Shown here piece by piece: positions 13,601 to 31,879 of a DNA stretch of 64,000 nt (its first letter is position 1; each line of letters opens with the position of its first letter). The notes under the pieces were generated by a model. The model saw only the letters and a list, made by a program, of their open reading frames with translations. It ran no database searches and was not told the DNA's origin. The DNA is from the human T2T-CHM13v2.0 reference genome, Homo sapiens. The DNA is taken from assembly GCF_009914755.1 (NCBI RefSeq), contig NC_060940.1; one strand, 5' to 3'. The position numbers and the translations under genes are program-made.

Positions 13601-14672
13601 TTTCATTAATATCATGGCGTGTAAACACTATGTGTGAACACTGGATATTAGAAATATCACAACATTTCATTAATATCACGGTGTGCAAACACTGTGTGTA
13701 AACAATGGATATTATGAAAATCACAGCGATATTTCATTAATGTCACAGTGTGTAAGCACTGTGTGCAAACACTGGATATTATGAATATCATAGCGATATT
13801 TTATTAATATCGCAGTGTGTAAGCACTGTGTGGAAACACTGGATATTATGAATATCACAGCGATATTTCGTTAATGTCACAGTGCGTAAGCACTGTGTGT
13901 AAATACTGGATATTATGAATATCACAGTGATATTTCATTAATGTAACAGCGTGTAAGCACTGTGTAAACACTGGATATTATGAGTGTCACAGTGATATTT
14001 CATTAATTTCACACGGGATATTATAAAAATCACAACGATATTTAACATCATAGTGTGTAAACACTTTGTGTAAACATCGGGTATTATAAATATCACAGCG
14101 ATGTTTCATCGGTATCACAGTTTGTAAACCTTGGATATTATAAACATCACAGCGATATTTCATTTATATCACGATGTGTAAACACTGGATACTATAAATA
14201 TCACAGCGATGTTTGCTTAATATCACGGTGTGTAAACACTGTATATTACAAATATCACAGCCATATTTTATTAATATCACGGTGTGTACACACTGGATAT
14301 TATAAATATCATATTGATATTTCATTGAGGTCATGGTGTGTAAACACTGGATGTTGTAAATATCTGTGATATTTCATTGATGTTATGGTGCATCAACACT
14401 TGATATTACAAATATCACAGAGACATTTCATTGATATCACAGTGTGGAAACACTGGGTATTATAAATATCACAGCGATATTATATTAATATCACGGTGTG
14501 TAAACATTGTATATTACAAATATCAGCCATATTTTATTAATATCACAGTGTGTAAACACTGGATATTATAAATATCACATCGATATTTCATTGATGTCAC
14601 GGTGTGTAAACACTGGATGTTGTAAATATCACAGCGATATTTCATTAATATTTCATTTCATTAATAATTTCA
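10601..14672. repeat. SATR-related satellite, domain B (54-bp basic unit ATATCACAGTGTGTAAACACTGGATATTATAAATATCAGAGCGATATTTCATTA; 57- and 67-bp variants)
   Basis: Tandem units seen directly; ORFs show 18-aa periodicity (ISLISQCVNTGYYKYQSD); same orientation as domain A (CTGTGTGTAAACACTG vs CTGTGTGTACACCCTG). Confidence 0.85.
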
Positions 14673-14691
14673 CAAACTGCCCCACTGACCT

Positions 14692-14955
14692 AGGGCCAGC
14701 CACAATATTACTTTCATGGGCCCTAGCTACTTTGTTTTTGTGCACCCCTTCTTCCATAAAATAATTTTAAAGTGAATATTTTATGACTGAATTCATAAAA
14801 TGACTATCATCCAAGCTGGATTCATTATTATATATTGCTTTTATTACATACCTTTTCTTCTTCTAATTTAAAAAGAAATTACAATTAAAACATTTTCACA
14901 GGTCCCTAAAATTACTGTGTGTGTCCTGTGCCTGTAAGGGAGAAGTCAGCCCTAC
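14692..14955. mobile_element. MER91-like hAT-Tip100 MITE
   Basis: AGGGCCAGC...GGGCCCTAG...AAGTCAGCCCT ends and AT-rich interior. Confidence 0.55.
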
Positions 14956-15142
14956 ACTGACCCCTGGATTCTCAGCTCGCACCAGGCTCCCTCACACACA
15001 CTGTTCTCCAGCCCCTTTCTGCTGTCTTTGCACAAACTTTGCCCTCTTCCTTGAACACTCTCCCTTGCCTTTTTCCTCATTTATGTCCTCTATCCCGCAC
15101 AGAGCATCAGAATCCCCTTACAGCACAGATCACTGGGCCTGA

Positions 15143-15639
<497 letters not shown>

Positions 15640-15783
15640 TGAGGACCACACTTTGAGAACTACTGCTTTCAAGATGAGCTGCACTTCTATTTCCTCTACC
15701 AAGCCTCTTCTGTCTCCTAATTGGGTCACATTTCTCCTTCACACGCTCTAGAAGGACCAAAGGCCACTGCTTTATCAGTGTGA

Positions 15784-16125
<342 letters not shown>

Positions 16126-16399
16126 CTGTGTGATTAATTTATGTTTCTACCATTTGACTGTGAGCTCCACGTGTCTTTTCGCTAGCTGTGGGATCTGCAC
16201 CCAGTGCATACAGGTGGTCGGTAAACAGGTGCTGACAGCAGTTCCAAAAAGTTGAATGAATCACCTTAACCTTCCAGCAACAGCGAATGCGAGTGTAAAA
16301 TATTATCACCTCACCAACACTGTATTTTTTTTTTTTTAACTCTTCCAGCTCTAAATTCCACAACTCCTCCTATACCTCTTGCTTCCATAGAAGCCCAAG

Positions 16400-17170
16400 G
16401 AGCCCGGCAGAAACTGCTTTGAGCAACCAGGAACACCCGGCCCTAAGTCCCGCCCAGCGCCTCTCCCCACCTCAAGTCCCGCCTCTGGCTATAAGCCCCG
16501 CCCCGCCCCGATCCCGGCCTCCGATCCCAGATCTCGCACCGCCCCGCCCCCTGTCTCCGCCCCAGACACCACCCCGCCTCGTGCTCTAAGCCCCGCCCCT
16601 CTCTCTGGCTTTAGGCCGCTCCCAAGCCCAGAGCTGCTCTGCGCAAGCGCGACCGACCGAGCAGCTCCGAGGAGTCCGCCCGGAAACAAACATTCCCCAG
16701 GGCAATGTCACGACTTGGTCTTCCCGAGGAGCCAGTCAGGTAAAGGCTTTCCGGGCCCTGGCACCCCGAGCTTGGTCAGGCCCGGCCTTGATCGTAGCGG
16801 AGGCCACCGGGGCCTTTTGGCCGGGACTGATTTTGCAACTCCCGCCAGTCCACCTGCGAGCGCCGGATGGGGGAGCACTCGCCTCCAGCAACCCGCAGGG
16901 TCCCCGAACCTTTGCACTGCTCTGGCCAGGAACAGAGCCGGCTTAAGCCAGTATGGTTTACATACACGCTGCTCCCCTTCCCAGCCGGCTTGGCTGTTCT
17001 GCAATCCGCGTCTCCAGAGTTGGACCCCAGGACCCCCGACAGTGGCACAGACCCGCACCAGGCAGCCCCGGATTCAAGTCCCCCGGTGGCTACTTTCAGT
17101 TGTGACCTTGGGTCTGTCAGTTTCGTAAACTCTCTGAGCCTGGAGGTGACCCTGTGATCACTTGCCGGGC
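16400..17170 (+). promoter_or_regulatory. NUDT7: NUDT7 CpG-island promoter with GC boxes, NRF1-like and ETS-like sites
   Basis: High GC/CpG; repeated CCCGCC(C) Sp/KLF boxes 16448-16598; GCGCAAGCGC at 16641-16650; CCGGAA at ~16680; spans exon 1. Confidence 0.88.
16705..16739 (+). CDS. NUDT7: NUDT7 coding exon 1 (MSRLGLPEEPV-R)
   Basis: ATG in ggcaATGt inside a CpG island; 35 nt then donor AG|GTAAAG; joins exon 2 in frame to give [26 protein letters not shown], which I recognise as the NUDT7 N-terminus. Confidence 0.96.
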
Positions 17171-17714
17171 TGTTGTGAGGATAAAATGAGAAACGTCAAA
17201 ATTGAGACCATGCTCAGAACGGGGTGGCTGCTACTGCTGTTGATACCTTGGTGATTATTCCAGCGGCCAGCCCCTAAAGTGGACAGATAACGTTTTTGCA
17301 GCCTTTTACTTTGGCTGGTTTGTCTGGTCAGTTCTGTGGTTTCCGGGTGGTTAAAAGCCACCAGCCCACAGTTTCCTTTTCTGGAGGCTGGCCTGCGTGC
17401 ATCCAGATGCACTGTGCAATCCCTGTGCCAGCATTCACTGATTTTTTTCAGGCCATTTGGTCTTTGAAATACACTGCCGTTACCCAACCACATCTTGTGA
17501 GCACCCTGCCACCTAGAAAGAGGCAAAAAATAGCAAATACCTCCTGCAAACAACTGCTTATCTAATGATGGGGAGATTTATGACAGTGGTTACCATTCCC
17601 TGAGCACCAGCTGTGTGCCAGCCACAGTATATGAACTGCATCATTTAATCTTCTTAAATATCCTCAAGCCTGACACAAATGAAGATGAAACTCAGAGAAG
17701 TCATTTGTATACAC

Positions 17715-18012
17715 TTTTTTTTTTTTTTTTTGAGACAGAGTCTCACTCTGCCGCCCTGGCTACAGTGCAGTAGGCAATCTCGGCTCACTGCAGCCTCTGC
17801 CTCCTGGGTTCAAGCGATTCTCCTGCCTCAACCTTCTGAGTAGCTGGGATTACAGGCATGTGCCACGATGCCCGGCTAATTTTTGTATGTTTAGTAGAGG
17901 TGGGGTTTTACCATGTTGGCCAGGCTGGTCTCGAACTCCTGACTTCAAGTGATTCACCTTCCTCAGTCTCCCAAAGTGCCGGGATTACAGGCATGAGCCA
18001 CTGTACCAGGCC
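17715..18012 (-). mobile_element. AluS (intron 1)
   Basis: Antisense Alu with poly-T. Confidence 0.9.
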
Positions 18013-18107
18013 TCCTATATACATTTGAAGCCAATTCTGGGTATCTTAAATAGCTGATTCTGCCCACTATGCAAAGCTGCCTTCCCACAGAAAAAGTAAA
18101 ATCAACT

Positions 18108-18843
<736 letters not shown>

Positions 18844-18944
18844 AAACTAGCAGTAGAACACACCTGTCAAAAGGACCAAAACAAGTCCACATAGGAAGGG
18901 CACCATTTGCGGTTTTAAATCCAAATGCTTGCATATTATTGGGA

Positions 18945-19135
18945 AATTGTTCTCAGAATGTGTTCCCCTGTCCACAGCGTCAGTAACGCTGTCATGAGGG
19001 AGTTTGATACAAATGCTAATTCTCAGGCCCTACACCAGAGTTACTGAGTCACAGTCTGGGACTGAACCTCGCAGTCTATGTGACAGCCAGCGCTCCAGGT
19101 GATTCTGTTGCTGCTAAAGCTTGGGAACCACTATT
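18945..19135. mobile_element. MER5A
   Basis: TTCTCA..ATGTG...AAATGC.AATTCTCAGGCCC...TTGGGAACCACT. Confidence 0.65.
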
Positions 19136-19522
19136 ATAAGCAGTTGAAGACATAAGAGTTTGAGAACATAAGGGCCAGCTTAACAGAAGGTAGTCTTCTA
19201 ACCTTCTAACCTTAACAATGACTTTTTCATCAAACCTGTCTTCTCTGAATATAATTATGGGTTTCAAAATTCAACTGTTGCATTATTGAAAAAACATTTT
19301 ACCATACTTTATGTTTCAAAGAGAACCTGTGTACTAAACTGTGTGCTTAGAAGGTTTTTTTGTCATTTTCATCTTGCGAACAACCACGCAATTTAGATAG
19401 TATCATTTCTGTCGTGTTATTGAAAAATACACAGAGAGTCAGAAATGGCAAACTCCTAAATACACAACAAAGCAGAAACAGAGGCAGGACTATAAGCTTT
19501 TTACCATAACTCTGCTTGCTAA

Positions 19523-19732
<210 letters not shown>

Positions 19733-19929
19733 TAAACCTCAGGACATCAGAAGACCTCACGACATTTTGTCACTTGCACACACTTTGATGCCAAAATTCT
19801 CAAAAGGGCTTTCAAAATTGTGATGTCAGAGGCATACAACCACAAGCCACAGGATAACATGGTGTTTCTTGGAGAAGGTTTAACAAGAAAATGAAGGAAT
19901 TTAGCTAGCAAGCAGTTTAAAACGCTTTC

Positions 19930-20200
19930 ACACTAGGGTTACCTAACCTTGGTGCTATTGGCATTTGGGGCTGAATAATTCTTTGGTGTGGAGGCTGTCC
20001 TGTATAATGTGGTGTGTTTACCATCATCCTTGGCCTCTACCCACCAGATGCCAGTAGCACACACAAACACAAGCTCACACACACCTTTGTCCCTTTGTCC
20101 AGTATGCCAGTAGCACACACACCACAAATGTCTTCAGAATTGCCTACTATCCTGGCAGGATTGGGGGTGCCAAATTGCCCCCCACCAAGGGCCACTGTTT
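19930..20200. mobile_element. MER20 (hAT-Charlie) with small internal duplication ATGCCAGTAGCACACAC
   Basis: AACCTTGG..CTATTG.CATTTGGGGC.G.ATAATTCTTTG...CTCTACCCAC.AGATGCCAGTAGCAC. Confidence 0.75.
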
Positions 20201-20595
20201 TAGACTATCCCACCCCCAGTATAATGTGAAAATACTAGAGCATAGAAGTTAACGGCCTAGGCTCTAAAGCTAGCTGTCCACGTTGAATCCAGGCTCTCTC
20301 CTTGCCAGCTGTGACTTTGGCCTCGTTACTTGCCCTCTCTGTACTTCAGTCTTTTCACTTGTAAAATGAGGACAAAATATCAGTAACTGCTTCATACAGC
20401 TGCTATGAACATTTCACAGGGTAACAAATGTAAAGCACCTATATAACCCAGGTACTTGGCAAGGAAGAATTCAGTAAGTTTTAGCTGTCATCGTTAGTGT
20501 CAAGTGACCTGTCAGACATGACCTGAAGTTTTAAGATAAATGATGTCACTTTACAGAAATAATGGGCTGGGAATGGAGTTTCTGGCTCACCCCTT

Positions 20596-21309
<714 letters not shown>

Positions 21310-21692
21310 CCCCCACACCCGTGAGCACAGTCAGTTTCCCTTGCTGTGGGGAACTTCCAAGGAAAAGCTGGTGAAGCAGTCATTTTAAGCTTATCCAAGT
21401 ACAAAAAGAAAATAAGCCATATTAACAGGCTTTTTAAGCAGAATAATGAAAAGTATTTTGTTTAAAAAAAAAATGCCAAGGAATCAGCTGGAGTTTTGTG
21501 GACGTGGAAGTAGACTTGTGTGGATTGTGTTCGGTCTGAGCCAGGCAGAAATGCCGTGAACTCAGGACATGATAGAAATCCAGGTTCCAGGGGGAAATAC
21601 TTAAATGGAAACCAGGGGACCAGTGTCTGTTCCCACCTCTGCCAATAAGCACAGGAGAAGCACTTACATATATTTTTTAAAATTATCAGATA

Positions 21693-22030
<338 letters not shown>

Positions 22031-22313
22031 CTAACAAACAATAATATAGGAAATCTAGACAATACTACAAACTCAACCAACGGGGTCTCTAGTTTCTTTT
22101 GTTTCACCCAGAGCCACTTTTGCCTGTTGATTATTAAGGTCACTTTTTAAAAACTATTTAAATTTAATTCAATCTGATTGTAAACACTATCTGGCTGTAG
22201 GGGTGAGAAATTCCCTCTGGAGCTCTACTGGAGCTCTGCCCCTCACACAAGCAGGGGGCTGGTAGGAGATTTCCCCCCAGTGGATGGGGAAAGCAAGGCA
22301 AGAAGTGGGTTAA

Positions 22314-22661
<348 letters not shown>

Positions 22662-23379
22662 TGCAAAGTTCGTAAATCTCTTAATCACCTCGGTTTTCTC
22701 ATCCCTAAAATGGGCCTGAAAACAGCGCCTCATGTGCAAGGTTGTTCTGAGCCTGAAAGAGATCTGTAAAACGCCCAGCACGGCTGCTGGCATGCCATAG
22801 TGCTGCATGCTGTTGGATGCTACCTATGTTTTCGTTATCTCCTTGTCCGGGTCCACCTTGGATAAGGGACTCCTCTCAGAACCCTAGATCCCTGGTGCCC
22901 AGCAAAGAGCTGGCAAACCCCTTTCTCCATTGCACACCTGGGCACAGCCCTTCAGGCCTTCAAAGCCACCCACTTTATAGTTTTCAGGAATTAGCTGCTC
23001 TGCATTATCGGTCCTGCTCTTCTCCCCCACCCTTGACCTCGCATCCCTCCTCTGTCCACTCTTCTACCCTCCTCCACCCTCCTCCCTGCACCCCATTCTC
23101 TGGGACTCGAAGTAGGCAAGAGAAAATTCAGGAACAAAGCAAAGATTGAAGTCTTAGGAAATTAGGCTGCAGCTTTACTTGGCCTCTGAGTAGCATTTCA
23201 GAAGGTTTTATTGAATAAGAAATGTATACTATTTATCAAAAAAATAACTGACCGCTTTTGTGCTTAGAGCCCTTTGCAGTGCTAATAGTTTTTGATTAGT
23301 CAGTTTTAGAAATGTGCCTGTTTTCTTCAAAACAGCGTAATATTTTCTTTTTTAAAAACAAAATTAAATAGATTTATCT

Positions 23380-25252
<1,873 letters not shown>

Positions 25253-25399
25253 CAAGGATAACATTTTCTTGAGAGCAATGTTCTCACTAATCCAAAATGA
25301 TCTTTTCCAATTCCTATTACCTATTAATTGGAATAGGTGTACAAGGCAAATTGAATAAAATTGGTATGCTATGAGATACTTTTGAAACCTTTCAAAATA

Positions 25400-26891
<1,492 letters not shown>

Positions 26892-27284
26892 TACATTTAA
26901 AACAGGCATCATATCAGGTCTGTTTCTGTCAAGCCTGATGACTGCTTGGAGGTGCGTTTGTCCCTGGCTGCCTTGGAGTTGAACGTTCTAACAATAAAGC
27001 ACTGTTTCAGAGTTGCTGTAACATTAGGTGTATTTCTTACGCATTTGGTGAGACATATTTGCAGTCGCTGGTGAGTGTTCAAGACAGTAGAAATATGTCC
27101 ATCAGCCTTCTTTTCACCTGTTTTTACAACTGTAATTGATGTGAAGATGTCTAAGGATTTAGCTATGGCAGCAATTTCTGCAGTGTTCCTGATTTATCAG
27201 CACAGAAGGACTTAAAAAAAAATTTTTAAGTCTTGCCCAAATGAGGCTGAAGCCTATAAAATATCAAAAAGTTTATCATGGCAT

Positions 27285-27644
27285 TGTCATAGTCCTCTCA
27301 AGCTGCTATAACAAAACACCTTAGACTGGGTGGCTTATAAACAACAGATACTAATTCTCACAGTTCTGGAGGCTGGGAAGTCCAAGATCAAGCTGCCAGA
27401 AGATTTGGAGTCTGGTGAGGGCCCTGTTTCAGTTCATAGATAGTCATCCTTTCAGTGTCCTTACAGGGAAAGGGGCAAAGAGTCTGTCTCTGGTCTCTTT
27501 TATAAGGGCATTCATCTCATTGATGAGGGCTCTGCCCCCATGACCTAAACACCTCCCAAAGATCCCACCTCCTAATACCATCACCTTAGGGGTAAGGATT
27601 TCAACATATGGATTCATGGGAGAATAAACATTCAGGCCATTGCA
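27285..27644 (-). mobile_element. MLT1A-type MaLR LTR
   Basis: GCTGCTATAACAAAA.ACC.TAGACTGGGTGGCTTATAAACAACAGA...CCTAATACCATCACCTT. Confidence 0.8.
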
Positions 27645-28436
27645 GGCATCTAGTTTATCCTTACATAGATATATGGCCTAGGTGCTAAAAATGGCAACAT
27701 GATCTCTTGATTGAGCTTCTCAAAGTCCAGGACTGACCTTACAAGTTCTCATTATTAAATATTTAATGTGGCCACGCACCATTCCCGTGCATCCGCTCCA
27801 TCCTCATGGAACAATCTTCACAGCTCTGTGAGGAGCACACTGTCATTACCCCATTGCACACAGTTGGAAAGAGGCAGACCCAGGACTCTTGCTGAGCCTG
27901 AGGGCTCCTTGACAATTCAGGAGAGAAAGGATAGTGGGTACTAGGCACAAGTGGGCATAAAAGAAATTGAGGTCACTCTGCTGAGATATTTGGCCCTGCA
28001 GAAGAGAGAACAGTGGAGGGTTTGTGCCTCTCCACTTCTGCCCAAGATATGAGAGAAATAATTTTAAAGACAGAGATAAGAAAGGGGGTAATTTTAGGAT
28101 GCTATAGAGACACTGTCAGTTCTCCTAAAGGCAGGAAGGAATGGAATCAAGGAAGGGGGCAATGCGGGGAAAGAGGAGACCTCTTTTCCTTTACCAACAC
28201 ACGCAAAGATAAACATAGATGCCAACACAATGCTAATAGCTCCAGGGCCTATATTTTTTGTGTCTTACTAAACTTTTGATAAATGTGTGTTGTACTGATT
28301 AAAAACACAGGCTCGTAAATTAAACACTGGTTTATATTCCAGCTCACTGAGTGAACTTGGTCAGGTTATTTAACCTCTGTGAGCCTAAGTTCCTTTGTCT
28401 GAAAATGGAAATAATAATAGTATAAGAGTAGCTTAT

Positions 28437-28732
28437 GGCTGGGTGCGGTGGCTCATGCCTGTAATGCCAGCACTTTGGGAGGCCGAGGAGGGCAGATCAC
28501 GAGGTCAGAAGATCGAGACCAGTCTGGCTAACATGGTGAAACCCCGTCTCTACTAAAAATACAAAAAATTAGCCGGGCATGCTGGTGGGCACCTGTAGTC
28601 CCAGCTACTCAGGAAGCTGAGGCAGGAGAATGGTGTGAACCCAGGAGGCAAGGCTTGCAGTGAGCCGAGTTCGCACACTGCACTCCAGCGTGGGACACAG
28701 AGCGGGACTCCATGTCAAAAAAGAAAAGAAAA
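28437..28732 (+). mobile_element. AluY-like
   Basis: GATCGAGACCA..CTGGCTAAC, GAGAATGG.GTGAACCC, GCTTGCAGTGAGCC; TSD AAGAGTAGCTTA. Confidence 0.85.
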
Positions 28733-28741
28733 GAGTAGCTT

Positions 28742-29105
28742 ACCTGCCCATCAATGCATGAGTGGATAAACAAACTGTGATCTATACACACAATAGAATA
28801 CTATTCAGCCATAAAAAAGGAAGTACCAATACACGTAGAACATGAAGAACCTCAAAAACATATGTGAAGGGAAAAATGCCAGACACAAAAGTCGAGACTA
28901 GGTAAATCCACAGAGACAGAAAGCAGGGACAGAGGGAGAGGGGAATGAGAATCAACTGTTGTATGGGGTTTCCTTCTGGGATGATGAAAATATTCTGGAA
29001 TGAGATAGTAGGGATGATTGTACAACACAGTAAATGTGTTAAACGTCTCTGCTTTTTTTCACTTTAAAATGGTTACTTTTATGTGAATTTCACCTCGTTC
29101 AAAAA
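28742..29105 (+). mobile_element. L1MB 3' end fragment
   Basis: TGGATAAACAAA.TGTG...ACAAT.GAATACTATTCAGCCATAAAAA. Confidence 0.75.
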
Positions 29106-29280
29106 TTAGTAGCTTATAGGACTGTTCTGAGGACCCAGTGGGAAAAATCTTTATGAAACAACATGCCCAGAACATAATAAGCAGCCATTAAAGGACTCAA
29201 CAAAATTATCTGTTGATAATATTGCCCCTTACATTATTCTTTCAGCTTTTTCCCCCTAGCAGTGTCAATCTGTGTGTGTG

Positions 29281-29683
29281 TGATATGGTTTGGATCCTGT
29301 CCCCACCCAAATCTCATGTTCAGTCGTAAACCCCAATATTGGACCTGGGGCCTGGTGGGAGGTGATTTGATCACGTGGGCGGATTTCCCCCTTGGTACTG
29401 TCATCACAATAGTGAGTGAGTTCTCACGAGATAAGGTTGTTTAAAAGTGTGTAGCACCTCCCCTCCCTCTCTCTGTCTCCCGCTCCAGCCATGTGAAGTG
29501 CTTGCTCCTCCTTTACCTTCCGCCATGATTGTAAGTTTCCTGAGGTCTCCCCAGAAGCCAAGCAGATGCCAGCATCATGCTCCCTGTACGGCCTGCGAGA
29601 CTGTGAGCCAACCAAACCTCTTTTCTTTATAAACTACCCAGTCTCAGTTATTTATTTATAGCAGTGCAAGAACAGATTAATAC
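29281..29683 (+). mobile_element. MSTA (MaLR) LTR
   Basis: TGATATGGTTTGGATC.TGTCCCCACCCAAATCTCATGTT...TTTATAGCAGTGCAAGAAC.GA.TAATACA. Confidence 0.85.
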
Positions 29684-29901
29684 AGTGTGTGGTATCTTTT
29701 GGGGACAAATAGAATAAAAGTTAGCAGTGAGAAAAATTTTCAAGGTTCATTTCTTAAAAAGGATTCAAGAAAACACATTTGTGGGCAATAGGGGTCTTGA
29801 TACCACCACCTGGGTAAGAATGGTCTCTGGTACAAAATAGAAGTTCAGTAAGTATTTGTTGAATGCATAAATAGTTCCAAAATTAGAATCCCACATTGTA
29901 G

Positions 29902-30093
<192 letters not shown>

Positions 30094-30719
30094 TGAGACA
30101 CTCATGAGCACCGTCCCCACCCCCAGGTGGATCTACTGTTCTCAGGATTCCACATTTTCCAAACATAACCCCAAAGAGTACTGTACATAAAGTCAAGAGA
30201 ACAGGTTCTCCTACAGACATTGCCCCTCATGAGTCAAGTGGCTATGGGCAACCCCTTTTGCCTCTCCGGACCCCTCTTTCCCCATCCAGAAATAAAAGGG
30301 TTGAACTCCCATCAGTGGATTTCAAACTGGATGCCATAGAACCCTAGAGAGATGCTTCAGAATTATTAACATTCAGTTCACATTTATTTTTCTCCAGTAT
30401 ACATTGGTTTTGAGAGTTCAGTTGAAAAAAGAACAGACACTCCAATGTGCTAGATACCAAATTTTAGCCCCTTGGAGACCACCAATGCATTACTTCTGCC
30501 GTAAGGATATTCATTTTTCTACATACTATAGAATAAAGCCTCTCTGTAATACATTAATTGAATAGAACCGTGAAATCACTAGGCAAGCTATTTAAAAACT
30601 ATTACTATTCATAACTGCATTTGTGTTGGATCAGGATTTCCTTGATAGTATAATATACATCAAAACATTTAAAATATTTTTAAAAATGAATTTTGGAGCT
30701 GAGATAACCACATCTTATT

Positions 30720-30912
<193 letters not shown>

Positions 30913-30994
30913 TGACTTTAGAAGGGGTAAATATTGTATTAAGAAGTATGATCTTGGATAACAGCATGATTTTACCATATAAATGTTTTAATAA

Positions 30995-31879
<885 letters not shown>

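Noticed and set aside
6705-14672. CRISPR-like array of palindromic repeats
   Set aside because: The segments between palindromes are themselves repeated rather than unique spacers; there are no cas genes; the context is primate.
10601-14672. Domain B as an inverted copy of domain A
   Set aside because: The partial reverse match comes from internal palindromy; the asymmetric CTGTGTGTA(C/A)AC(C/A)CTG duplication aligns in the forward orientation.
16708-17565. Overlapping 90-137 aa ORFs around exon 1/intron 1
   Set aside because: Expected stop-poor frames in a GC-rich island; they run through the exon 1 donor and resemble no known protein.
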